DNA from: Minutocellus sp. GHC0000111
Lineage: Eukaryota
DNA: 64,000 bases
Direction of reading: 5' to 3'
Assembly: GCA_977018835.1 (NCBI GenBank)
Contig: OZ361258.1
Coordinates: 2,108,001 to 2,172,000 of the forward strand
A model generated the notes under the pieces. That model saw only the letters and a list, made by a program, of their open reading frames with translations, was not told the origin of the DNA and ran no database searches. The position numbers and the translations under genes are program-made. Shown here one piece after another: positions 23,641 through 36,348 of the stretch (position 1 is the first letter of the stretch; each line of letters opens with the position of its first letter).

Positions 23641-25460
23641 ATGTCTTCCCGCAACGACGACGAAGAGTCCCTACGTGATGGCGACTTGGCAATCGACAAG
23701 AAGGCTACCGCCGACGATGACGATGCTCAGTTCGAAGACATGCTCCGCATTTTGAAAGGCGTGATGACAGCACAATGCCCGCCGAGTGTGAACGGCGGAA
23801 AGATCGGAGCCGGAGATGCAAACACCAAGCAATCCCCCATCGTAATTCCTGGAACCGGCCTCGAAAAACCCACAATGACCCCGCCACCGGCCTCGCAGCT
23901 GGCAAGCCAGTGGATTTCCCTCGCGAGTTTTTCCAGCAATTCCTTCAGCGACAGCTCAACCACAATATTCATCAGCCAGGAAGTGAATTCGTCATCGAGG
24001 TTGACAACGCGAAGCTCAATCTTCTGGCTCAGTTGGCCGTTGTGCATGTCCATCAGGGCTGCCTTCGTGAGTGCCTCTTCGGTTTCCACCCCACTCTGGT
24101 ATCCAGGTTCGATTCGCTCTTGGAAAACCTTGAGAAATCTCTTGAGGATCACAACTTCCATAACCTCGACGGTGTCGCACGTGCGCTCGGCGTGTCCGCC
24201 GACCGCCCCATCACTCGTAGCGTCATCGATGCCCGCAACAAGGACGCCACGCCCGATCAGACAAGGAGGAAGAAGAAGAAGAAGTGCCTGCCCGCCCCAA
24301 GTAGCTTCCTCGAGTCGAAGCATCATCTCGCCTTGGGGACAATCTTGGCAGCCGCCGGCAAGCAAGCGTTTGAGAACCTGGGCTCTCCTTTCCGCCAAGT
24401 CGCCGAGAACATGGTGTTTCAGTACACGCAAGCATTCTCCGGTGCCAAAGGTACTGCCGGCCTGAAGGAGAAGGTCAAGATCCTTCGAAAGATTGGCGAG
24501 GGATCGTTCGGCAAAGTCTTCTTCGCCAAACGTGTCAACGACCTTGGCGTGGAAGAGATCGTAGTATTCAAGGTTTTTGATACTTCCACTCCCGTTCTCC
24601 TGTCCTTTGCCACGGACGAGATTGAAAGTGCCAAGTCCTTGTCGTCTTTTCCACTCTTTCCAGACGTTGAAGTCACCCACGTTAACGAATATTTCACCAT
24701 CATGATGATGGAGGTCGTCAACGGCGGTCCTCTCGGTGAAGTACACGATCAGCCCGAGGAGACGGTCCTTACCATCCTTTCCCACGTCGGGGCCTGTCTG
24801 GGCTACCTGAATGTCAGGGAGACAGCCCATCGTGACCTCAAGCCAGAGAACTTGGGGGTTATGGAATTCGTCAGCGGGGACAAGTGGTACTTCATGTTCG
24901 ACTTTGGCTGTGCCACAGGTCAGTCGACTGCCAGAACCTCGTGCGGAACGGATTATACCATGGCTCCGGAGGTTCATGCGGGAGGAAAATATAACCCATG
25001 TCCTTCAGATTGGTGGTCCACCGGAGTGAGCGCTCTCTTCCTGTCGCTTCCCATGGACAGTCTCGTTGAGCTGTACGAGGAGCGCGCGGAGTTGACCAAT
25101 CGCTTCAACCTGAAAAGCGTCGAGGCCGCGCTCAAGAAGAAGAAGTACTCCCCTTCCTCCATTAAGCTCATCACTAGTCTTCTCGCTTTTGATCCGGCCG
25201 AACGCATCACACCTCTCCAGCTCCTGAAGCACGATGCTCTCAAGGATATTCCCGATCCTTTCAAGACGATCAAGGGGATGGATAAATTCCAGTGGGTCCT
25301 CACCGTCCTCGAGGACAGGGAGACCAAGGAGAGGCAGGCCAACGAGATCGCCGATCTTACCGCAGCTCTGGAATGGTCAACGTGGAAGCAGCAGCTGGTA
25401 TGCTTCTTTTTCTCGGTTTACGTTTCGGTCCAATTGTTCCGTCTTCTTTCTTCCCCTTGA
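23641..25460 (+). CDS. Ser/Thr protein kinase with unknown N-terminal extension; frameshift near 23865; probable intron from 25397, 3' end unresolved
   Basis: KIGEGSFGKV, VFK, HRDLKPENL, DFG, CGTDYTMAPE, DWWSTGV, DPAERIT. Confidence 0.85.
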
Positions 25461-27011
25461 CCCGCCGCCTACTTTTGTCGTCGTTTGATATTTATTTGGG
25501 AATTGCTAAAAATGTGCCTCGGCATTGATTTCTTTTCGGCATGATGCTTGCCATTCACTTTATTGCTGAATAGGTCCAAATATAGTAGCATAGCAGTTCC
25601 GCCTTTACACATCATGAGTACAACATACATGTAGCACTCCTTTTGTTGATTTATAATATATACGGTCTTCGCATCAACCATCACCTAACTTCTACTAATG
25701 GCATTCTTTGAACACATGTTGTGGTAGTGCACGTATTCTTCGAGCAGAGTATGTTATAAATATTATAAAGTTAGCAAAGGAGTGGCCTTAGCTTCTTAGC
25801 TTAGGGAGCAGTACTCGAAGAACACGTGCACTATATGTGTATATCGGATAAATCAGAGGATAGCGCAGTGGTATTATCAAACTATTTCATCGGATGATGG
25901 GACCGATTAGAGACAGAAAGGTCGCCAAGAGCCTCCAAAAGTCTACGACTGAGCGTGGACTCGGATGGTGCCATCTGCTCCTGGGTGATTTGCCGACAGG
26001 AGTGGTGATGTAGACGGACAGGCCGGCCCACAAGAAGCCGCTCAACTGCATGCATAGCCCTGCCAACTCGATGAACAACTATTTCCAATACATCCGAAAT
26101 AGCCTCTCGGCCATAAATCGTGAATCTCCCATGTATTGCCTGATAATCGAATTAAAGAGGAGGCCAATAACCAGCTCAATGACAAGGAGAGCTGGAAGCA
26201 GACCAAGACCATGGATGAAAGCTACTCCAGACGGATACTGCATGCCGAGAACAAGGTGAGACATTTCCAGGCTATCAGCGATGATCTTGGTCGCCAACAT
26301 TGGGAGGCCGACATAGTCCAGCTTATGGATGAAGCAGAAAAGATCAAGGCTGAGTATACCTCAGACAAACATATGCAATGCATTTCTTTTTCATTTCATA
26401 GATAAATTATAACATTGCAGGTCGATTTAAATAATTCAATCCCCGAATGTAATGTGTAGTACGACGTCGTACCATGGTACCGACAAAAAAATCATCTGCT
26501 CATGGTCTCACCTTCTGCGCCTTTCCTCCTTCAGTATAATATTAGATTGAATCCAATATCAAATGAATCAGTGAATGTGCCTATTGGTACAAAGAATAAC
26601 AGCTGCACTTGCTCAGCAGATTGCACAGTATGCCGTCCTTCTCGTGCCAAGACGCAGGGTCGTTCGTTCGACGAACAGAGCCCAAAAGTTGATACCAAAT
26701 AGTGGCCAAAAGTTACCAACAAAGGCTATTCCCCCCATTCCTCTGACCGAAACGACCCTTAATACAACAAAGGGAACGTACGCGGGCTTCTTTTGTATGG
26801 CAACAAGACCCTGATAATGACAATATCTCGCCCCGACTCGACTCGAACGGAGCGTGTCATCAGAGAAGATTTTTGACATGCCCCAAAGATGTAATTTTTC
26901 AAGAAGCCACCGGACTGCTGAGGGCTTCCAGATCATTCGTCTAGTGATGTAATTGGCATGGGTGATAAATACAGATAAGTTCATTGGCGCTGCTGTACCT
27001 CCTTCAACGTT

Positions 27012-27190
27012 GCCGCTTTCAACCCCCATGGTGGCCGCAAAAATGGTGTCAAGATGGAGGTCAAAGATGAGGGGTCTCTTTGGGTGATAAAAATGGCGGC
27101 CGCTTTCAACCCCCATGGTGGCCGCAAAAATGGTGTCAAGATGGAGGTCAAAGATGAGGGGTCTCTTTGGGTGATAAAAATGGCGGCCGC
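27012..27190. repeat. Tandem duplication, 87-bp unit x2
   Basis: GCCGCTTTCAACCCCCATGGTGGCCGCAAAAATGGTGTCAAGATGGAGGTCAAAGATGAGGGGTCTCTTTGGGTGATAAAAATGGCG starts at both 27012 and 27099. Confidence 0.95.
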
Positions 27191-27542
27191 GCGGCCGCGC
27201 AGACAAAAAGTGGTTTGGTTTTCTCTATCCGCCAAATTTGGCATGGCGCACCTATTGGGCGCCCAACGCATGGGGGGATGAAAATCGGTTCGGTTCCTTT
27301 GCAGGTATGCAAACGTTCCTTTAATTTGCAATTGTCTCGGGCTGACCAGAATGCTTGCATTGAGAGCTTTTCCCCAGGCCACGAGAAGGGCATGGCGGAT
27401 CAGTAACTGCTCTTTTTGCACTACAAATACAGCTGGATCGCCGGCCGCGACTGTCCGCCTAGGAATCCTAAACGTCTCGGCCGTCTTCCGCCGTCCGGTG
27501 CCTTCTTTGGCCATTCAAAATGTAGCAATTATCGCGGCGATT

Positions 27543-29528
27543 ATATCCAGCAACAGTAACGATGATCAACGGAAGACCAATTGCGAACCCAGCAATAAAT
27601 GGCGGCAGGAAGACTTGCGAGATGCAACTTTGGCAAAGTATTACTGTGAGGTTCCAGAAAGCGAACTGTCTCAGCGCTTCAATGGCGTGGATATCGACAT
27701 GGTCAATGAAGAAGTAAGGGGTATCACGACTATGCTCCAAAAAGCCGCTAGAGAGACCGAGCCCAAATACCTCGAAGAAATGAAGGCAAAATCAAGTTTG
27801 TCTATCGACACTTGAGTAAGAAGCTCGGTGCCCAAATTCCTCAGCAAGAAGGATATACTTCATGGGATCTCAGAGAAATGGTCCACAATGTCTTGAAGGG
27901 GTCCATGAGCGCAGTCACCGCTCGGGAAACTTTTGGTGTTGGTCAGGGAACATACAACCGCATCATGGAGTCTTTGCGTCGAAAGTGTAAGGTGAAGACT
28001 AACGAGGATTTGAAGCAGCTCTTTCAAACTAGGGAAGTATCAAAAGAATTCCTAATTGACAACGTCAAGAAGCACACCCGTGGTCGGCCGAAACTTGTCC
28101 CAGAAGCAGTGGAAAGAGAGATTGTAGCTGAAGCGATGTCATTGGACAATGGAAACGCATCAAATGTTACCCGGATAGCATCGAAGATCGATGGGGCCCT
28201 TGAGACATTCAAACCTGACCTAACACCAAGGAGGAGAGAATCCACTAGAAAACACGCTGCTCGGGCAGTGTCACGAGCGAAAGCAAATAGCAGAAAGGCA
28301 TTTCTTGTTGAGCCGCCTGAAGACGATCTTGTGAGGGGAAAATTGAGTGCCCTTACCAGTGCTGTGCTAGATCAATATCGCACGGTGCAAGCCGAAGCGG
28401 ACCAAATCAACAATGGATATATGTTCACGGCGGTGAACAATGTGCAGGAGGCTGACACTTCTCTGCACGCGTCGCTTCGAAAATCGCGTGCCTACGAGGG
28501 CAAAAACAAAAGTCTTTGGTTGGACGCCGATAATTTGGAGGAACTAATTCTCAATCAGGTAGTTTCAGCCTGCCCGGAGCTCGAGGGCAGCAAACTTGGA
28601 GTTGTCCAGATCCTTGTTACGAAACCAAAGGGGCCACCGCAATTCACGCATCTTGACAACGAAACTCCTGCGTCAGGGACGCATGAAAAATTAGGGACCA
28701 TGGTCCTGACCGAGAATCACCCCGGAACTACGTATTGGGAGATGGACAAGGCCCCAGATGTTGTGACAATTAAAGATCTGGAGGAAAAGTGGGCGTGTGC
28801 TCCTCCAGAGCTGTTTCACCGACTTCGCGAGTCAGACGATGCTTTGGAGATGATCCGTCAGTACGGCCATCTCTTCTGGGCTGAGGAGCGCAGTGAGGTG
28901 GAGAGAGAAAAGGTAAAGAGATGTTCCATCTCGTTACTAGATTCTTGCCAACCTCATTGTGGCCCATCAACCAAGAATCTGAAAGCCAATGATCCTCGTG
29001 TAACAATTTTCTTTACAATCACTCCGAATGGCTTCAAAGGCAAACGGTACAGCGGTGGAAAACAAATGTCTCGAGAAAAGCTCACGTACAAAATTTACGA
29101 CGCGTTATCGGAGAAGAATACGTCGCCTGAGATAGACAGCTACCTCTTATCAAAATTTACAGAATATGTGGGAGCCAGTGCCCGACGACACATTGATGGA
29201 TTGGGAGGCAGAAGTGTCTGAAGAGTGGAAGAGCAAGTTTAAGGAGGGTCTAGGTGCCACGATGAAATCAGAAGAGAAGGTGAAGAAGGTTGAAAAAGAA
29301 GAAAAGAAAAGACACGAGCAGAACATAAATTCATTGAACAGCAAGAAAAGGCGATTGGAAGCTGCTCGAATGAAAGTAGCTGCAATTGAGGGGGAGATAG
29401 AAGAAGATGAGAAGAAGCTTGCCGAAAGCGAAAAGGCTAGTGCCGACAAACTCGAGGCAGCGAAAGATACAGCTGCAGTGACTCGAGCTCACTTTGCAAA
29501 AATGATTTATGAAATGGAGAGAAAGTGA
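27543..29528 (+). CDS. psq/CENP-B-like HTH + 2OG-Fe(II) dioxygenase-like domain + C-terminal coiled coil; frameshifts ~27788-27791 and ~29180; start uncertain
   Basis: YTSWDLREMVHNVLKGSMSAVTARETFGVGQGTYNR (psq-HTH-like), RGRPKLVPEAVEREIV; PQFTHLD (HxD), QPHCGP (distal His), PRVTIFF (Arg); Lys/Glu-rich coil in ORF 29166..29528. Confidence 0.6.
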
Positions 29529-32091
29529 TGCATACAAAACATTCATTTACATGTATGTATTAAAATTCTACATAAACCTTTATGGAAATCGTCATCTTGG
29601 AAAGCTGCACATGCACTACTCTAGCTAGTACGTGTAGCTACACATGCAACAGTCGGCCCACGAAGCGATTTTTGCTGGTGGCTCTCACGCTCTCACTCCA
29701 GGCAGCCAGCAGACTTGTCCGACTGCGTCAACTGCTGAAAATCTCCCGCACCCGCCACGAAATCTCGGACAGACCGAGAGGCCAAAGAGCCGAAAAAAGC
29801 GATGAGAATGCAAATGAATATGAAAGGAGTGTGGCGACCGTGGAGCCACGCGTGGAGCATCGTTTGTTTTGACGAACAAATCATCGTGCATGAAGAAAAG
29901 AAAACCTTGACAAAGAATCTTCCGCCATCTCACCATGGGCAATTGGTCTCCTCAAGCACGAGAATAGGTGCTCATTACAGCGCCTTCGTATGCGGTGTGG
30001 CTAGCTATGGTGGGGAGAGGCGCCATCTCATTCTTGGCCAAGCCGTCACCACTGCTCGCCAAAGAGTCAAAAAGTGCAATTTTCTTCTCCGATATTGCAG
30101 TGGAATTCCCCGTGCTCGTGGGGCGTTCCGACCATGCACAAACACAAATGCTTCGGTCGTTGGGAACATCCTTGTTGAATGGCATCCCACCTCCGGCTGG
30201 CTCAAGGATCATGTGCGGGTAGGACCAATGCCGCCTTTGGCTTCGTTTGGTCTTTCGGCCATATATATTCACCATCGTCGTTCCATCATTGTTATCAACA
30301 GCAAGACCATTGTGTCGCTCGTCGCCGCCATCTCTGCCCACGGTGTTCTTCCTCCTCCTACGTGGCATGCAGGCTTCCATTTCCTTGATCTCCGTGTGTC
30401 ATCCGTCTGTCCCGGCCCAACCCCATGCCGAGCAAGTTACTTGACAATTGACAGCTTGGATCGATGTGATGTCCTTCTCGCGGCGATCTGCCATGGGACC
30501 GCACCCACACCATTGCGTTGTCACACATGCATGGAACATGCAGCACATCTCATCACTCCTTGGTCCGCACGACATTGATTTGCCGCCCATTCGTCCCCAA
30601 CTATGTCCAGCAGCCCATCATTGCCTTTCCTCGTATTGTTGATCAGTGATGCGATGACGACGGGCGCTACACACGATGGGCGCCTCTGTCATTATCGTCA
30701 GCAGCGGCGGCCGCTCGTCTCTTCCATGCATGTGCTGAGAGAAATGCAGAGAGAGTGTGCACATGCACACATCACACATGCGCTGACTACTACCGCCGGT
30801 CGAATTATCTATCTATCTTCGCCCGCCTATCCCGACGAGGACTGCATTTGAATAATGGGGCTTTGGCAACATTACGGCGGTGGACCTACATATACATCAT
30901 GACGTCTTCGTTTGCAACTCTTTGGCATCGATCGCCCGCAGTAGTGGTCGGACGACGCGAACGGGAGTGGACATCCACGGACTGCAGCATGTATCGAGGC
31001 GGAGAGGGCCATGCCATGGGTAGGGCGACACGTACTGATAGGTGCGTGGATAGGGGGAGCGAGACCGGAGGCCGGCCATGCGAGAGCAACGCTTGGGACA
31101 TCATCGGTCGATTTGGATGGCGGAGAATTCAAGAAGAAGGACTGCGCTTCATTGAGTCGATCGAGTCCAATATCGGAACGACGAGGCCAGCGCAGCCGAG
31201 CGGCAGGCAGGCAGAGCGCCAGCTCCAGCTCCAGCTCCAGCTCCACAAGTTAAGTTCCACCGCCGGAGGTGCCGAATTACCCCATCATTCGCGCCCACTC
31301 CGGTCCGTCGGTACATATCACTGTTTATCAAGGACGTTGCGGCAGGCGAGTTTGCCCCGCACACCACGGTCTGGCCTACAAACCACCGACGAAGCGCGGT
31401 CATTCGATAAACAAAAAATTCCCCGACGGCCGACACTTATCGGAGGAGGTACGTTCCCCCTTGTATTGTTTCCTTTTTCGTCCAATTTTTATCGGTACCG
31501 GTACGTCATAGGTCGGTATTTTGCATCAGGATGGACGGCCGGGCCAGGCCGGGCGTTGGCCGGGGGTGGGTGTGGAGACGGCAGCGGTCATGGCGGTTCC
31601 AAGTCCAGCCGGTCGTGGCGGTGGCCCTCAGCCTCTGGTCCCGTCCGTATGGCCCGTAGGTCAGAAGTCGGAAGATTGCAGTGGTAGTGACGGCAACGAC
31701 ATACTAGCTAGTACTTATGGCGGAGACTAATGATATAGTGACGATGAATGAATGATATCATACATCTTTGTCATCGTGTGCTAGTAGCACACATGATTGT
31801 GTTCGATTATGACTCACTCAGCCATTGGTTTGGTCAGTTCTGACCAAACCAATGGCGGAGGTGGCGGAGATGATGATGATATTGGTGGTGGCCGCCGTGG
31901 CAATGGTAGTGATGGACGGCGGCAAATGTGGCCATTTATCATGCATGCTCATAATTTCCCACCACTCGATTCCATCCTTCCTTCCTCACAACTTGTCGCC
32001 ATATCTCATTCATCTTCTTTTTCAACTTTTGTTACCAGGCTTGGACGACACAGAACTTCAAGTCGCCAACGAGTCTCCAACCAGTAACGCA

Positions 32092-35000
32092 ATGTCATCG
32101 CAGAGCGTCAGTTTCGATCTGGGACTGGTTCCGGTGTTGGTCAATAGAGAAGGTGGAAAGGTGACTCTTGAAAGGGGCCACAAGAGAGTTTACAAGCTCG
32201 AAGCGGACAGCTCCTCCGACTCTTGTTCCTTCACCATTGCACTTGGGCATGGCGGTCAAGGTGCGGTTTTGCTCGCCCAAGAGGAAGCCAGCGGATCGCT
32301 GGTCGCCGTCAAACAGAGCTTCGTTTCACCCGCCGATTGGGAAAAGGCGAAGCGAGAGATTGACAATCTACGAACACTATGCGGGCACCAAAATATCATC
32401 GAGATGGTGGGTCACACCGCGGAAAAGGTTCGCGTCGGCCAACCTCCACAGTCGCTGGTAAGAATTTGGATTGGCATGGAGTTCATGTCTGGTGGCGATC
32501 TAGAAAGATATCGGTGCAGACAGCCCAACTCCGTGCTGTCGGAGCCGGACGCGCAGTTGGTGCTTCACGACGCTTCGATGGGATTGCAGTACTTGCACGA
32601 GAAAAAAAATATCCTAAGTCGAAATTATTTCGCTGTAGCCCACCGTGCACATGGGTCTTTTTTCAATTCATTCGACTTCACTCAATCACTCATCTTACAG
32701 ATCTACTTATTTGACATCTCCCCCGCAAATTAATTGCATCCATCGCACTGGTCCTCCTAGCTCCACCGTGACATCAAACCAGGGAACTTGTTTGTCTTGC
32801 TTGATGGCAAAGGCAACCTCCGAGGTGTAAAGCTTGGGGACCTTGGAATCTCCAAGGAAATCCGTGTTGAGGAGGACGCTGAAAAGCAGCACACCCCTAG
32901 AATTGGCACCCAGCCATTTGCGGCCCCGGAAATCTTCGACCTCCACTGCCATGGAAGGTACGGTAAACCCGCCGACATCTTTGGCCTCGGTGCCACGTTA
33001 TTGCGGATGGGCCTGGGATCAGACTTCGAGGACGACTTCTGGGGTGGGGGAAGTTGGGAAGGTCGTGAAAAGGCCTTCACGGCATTTTTGAAGACGTTTC
33101 CGGGCGCCAGTGTCGTAAAACAAATGGTGAGAGAATATCCGAGCAATCGCCCCTCGCTCGAAGAGATTCTTTCGAGCGATTGGCTTTTGTCAATGACGCG
33201 CGACCTCATCCGGGGTCATCGCGCCAGTATCACGCAATTGGAAACTTTTTTGCCCGAGGGCTAACACCGACCACGCCACCAACGCTACGGAACTAGAGAA
33301 GCTCCATGCGGATATGGCTGGGCTCCGATTGGAGCTGGAACAGGAGAAAGAGGAGAAGTCCCGGCTCCAAGGGCAGCTGACCCAGGTAAAGCAAGAATCC
33401 GACCAGCAGAAGGCGATGTTGAAGGCCCGTGATGATGAGATTGCGATGCTTCGAAACCAAAAGGACGAGCACGCGCTTGGTCGAAATGCCGCCGGGGCCA
33501 ACGATGAGGAGAACGGATCAATCGATGCTGATGAGAATGGGGCAAAGGTAAGCAGTCGCAGTCTGGGCACATGTGAAGTTATGTCACCTGGCTGTCCATG
33601 TGTGTTATTCGCCACGATACATTGTTGGCACATGAATCCCTACATGCTTGTATCTCACATTTGGCTCCGCCATACGTTTACGATCTGAAGCAGCTTTCGG
33701 GAAGACCTAACAGTTTGCAGCTCCCCGGACAGGGTATTGCCGACGATGGATTGGATGGATCGGGTAAGGACGAGGAGAGGGGAGTCTCAGATGATGATAC
33801 GGCCGAGAACGAGGTGAGAAGTTGGTGCCACGTTTGCCTTTTGCACTATCGATCATGGTGTCGTATGTACCTAATGGAGGTACTCTCCCTTCATCTAATT
33901 TTTGTGGTTTCGCCTCCGCATGCATGAACATGCATTCGCTTAGCAGCAGCAGCCTGCACACCCTCATAGCCTAAACCTTCGGTCTAAGAAGAATAACAAG
34001 ACCGATGGGGATCAGAAGGACAATGAGGGAGATGGTGGCGGTGATGATGACGAGAATGACGATGATGATAAGAGCAAGAAAAAGAAGGCTCGCAAGGCCA
34101 AGGGCGGCACCAAGGCGCAGGTAAGACAAAGTTATACCAGCATCGTTTATTCGTTTGAATTATGTCATCGCTCGACAACCAATACCCATTCTCACATCAC
34201 TTTACTCTCAACTCTTCCAAATATTTTGAGCAGACCAAAAAAATCCCCTCTCCGGCCAAGGATGCAGCTGGACCTATTGGAAAGGCAGGGCAGGAGGGTG
34301 CCAGTCAAGATGAGCGCACTGGCGACGCCGAGGTACGTGATGTGCATGTAATCAGAATGGACAACTTTCAATACTTGCAATGCCGGACAATACATTTATT
34401 TGACTCGTCTCATCCCCTTTCCATTCATTATTCACATTTCCTTTTTTGCATTACTAACACATATTGTTGATTCGCCTTACTTGCTTACACAAAACAAAAC
34501 TTCGCGCGGAAAGCAGGTTGGAGAGGAGGAAGAAGAAGAGGAAGAGAAGAGCCGTCCTCCTACCCCCTCAGCTCCCGCCAATAGCGCCCGGATCGATGAT
34601 CTACTTGAGCGGCTTGGATACGATACGCCGGAACTAGTGAAACAATTTCGAATTTTTCACGATACTCTCGGTAGACTCAAGACCGGTGCCGCCAAACATG
34701 GGGACAAATACCTCGAGCAATACCCCGACTCTGCTCAAATCGATCAAATTAAGTTGGCCAGAGACAGCTTCCTTCAGCTCTGTGACGAAGCCGGTGGTCC
34801 CTACCAATCCAATCGTCCCGTCTTTCGATTCGTCAGTGCCCCCTGGCTCGCTGCTGGTGTGGCCCGACTCCGCCGCGCGATTCTCAAACGCCGTGATTAC
34901 TCTGACGTGCCCAAGATCTCATCGGATTTGTATGAGTTGTTCCTTGGCCAAGAAGACTACCTCCAGACCAGACTCCTCGCCAAGAAAGCGAAGGCGAAAA

Positions 35001-36152
35001 AAGAAGTCGCCAGTGTCAAGGACGAATTGAAGGGGCTGCAATATGTGAAGGGGGTGAGCCGTTTGGCCATTATTTTAGCCAGTGAAAAGGTTGGCGCCCA
35101 AGCGAAGAAGGAAGGCGAGAGCGAACAAGCGAACGAACTGACGGCGGCCGAGAATCGGTACAATGCAATGTTGAATGCAGGAGAGGAGGCTGTCGGCGCT
35201 CGACACTGGAAAAAAGAGACGACTGACACCAAGAAGAACCATCGCATGAACAGTATGCTGAAGCCCAAGAACGCAGCCCAATTGGTCGGGCATACCGTCG
35301 CTCTCGACATGGTCCTCACCGGTCTGGACAGCATCACTGTTGGAGACCTCTCTCCCAAGACGAAGTCGGTAGTCGAGGCATTCGTCAAAGACAAAACGAC
35401 CGAAGCGAACGACAGCACGACAGTATCCTACATCTGCAGCCACGTTATTGCTCCTGATCTGAAAAAGAGCGTCCCAACAAGAGGTGACGACGGGGCCTTC
35501 AACGTCTTCAAGAAAATCATCGATGATCTCAAATCCCCATCGTCGAAGAATTTGAGCAAGTTCTACAATGCTTCAACCGACGTCCCTGTTCCGATCGCCT
35601 CTGATGACTCAGTCGAAGGTACGAACGACAAAGGCAGTGGCGAAGATGAGGGCGCGAGTGATGGACTCGAGGGTGAAGATGCAAAAGAAGGCAATGATGC
35701 TACTACTGCCGTGAACGCTTCTGTGAAATTGACTTCGCAAAAGCTGAAAGATTTTCTCACCCTCTTCTCCGGCGTCTTTCTTAGCGACTGCATCAAGATC
35801 CGATTGGAGGAGCTTGTCGGATTCAAAGAAGATGTACTTACTCTTGTTTTGCGCTGCTCGTTGACCACAATTCAGAAGAGTCTCTTTCCGATGATATTTG
35901 GACAATGTTGCATCTTCAAAGATTCCCTCGAGCACTCCAAGATCGCTTTGGTCTGTAAGTATTTGACCACCATGGTGAAAAATGCCAGCGAAAGCCATTT
36001 GAAAGTGCCCAAGGATGAAAATTAGTGCGGATAGGTGGAAAAACATCGAGTTCTGGAACAAGGTTATGCTGGAAGCTTTGCGTGAAAGTTCCGACCTTTG
36101 CTCCAGTGCGTTGATGGTTGAAGATATTGAGGATGATCCGTCGCCTCTATAG
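32092..36152 (+). CDS. Multi-exon protein kinase + coiled coil + acidic linkers + unknown C-terminal domain; upstream exon(s) possible (acceptor at 32038)
   Basis: LGHGGQGAV, VAVK, MEFMSGGDL, NI|LHRDIKPGN (intron 32614-32760), KLGDLG, GTQPFAAPE, DIFGLG. Phase-0 introns start at 33548, 33814, 34121 and 34333 and lead into ORF 34400..36025. Frameshifts near 33255 and 36018. Confidence 0.7.
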
Positions 36153-36348
36153 AGTTGCACCCGAACGTCATACAGGCTGGTTTCAGCCAGAGACCGAACC
36201 GAGATTCGCTGCGAATTTCAAGCCCCGACGGACCTTCTCGCCGCTGTAGAAGGCCGTTATGTAGATCTAAGGTTACTATTAGACCCTCAATCGACTCAAT
36301 ATACTAGAGTGTACGTCTAGTTTATGGCAGCGGTGGATCAAACTGCTG

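Noticed and set aside
23727..24977. Long antisense ORFs (e.g. 23727..24977, 45767..47164, 9404..10336, 18638..19618, 51229..52140)
   Set aside because: Shadows of GC-rich coding sequence on the opposite strand, with no independent motifs
25880..27030. Short ORFs as membrane-protein genes or further kinase exons
   Set aside because: Interrupted by stops in all plausible frames; the hydrophobic minus-strand ORFs look like antisense of charged sequence; no motif support
29580..31750. ORFs 29802..30578 and 30755..31687 as genes
   Set aside because: No recognisable motifs, and composition typical of non-coding GC-rich DNA
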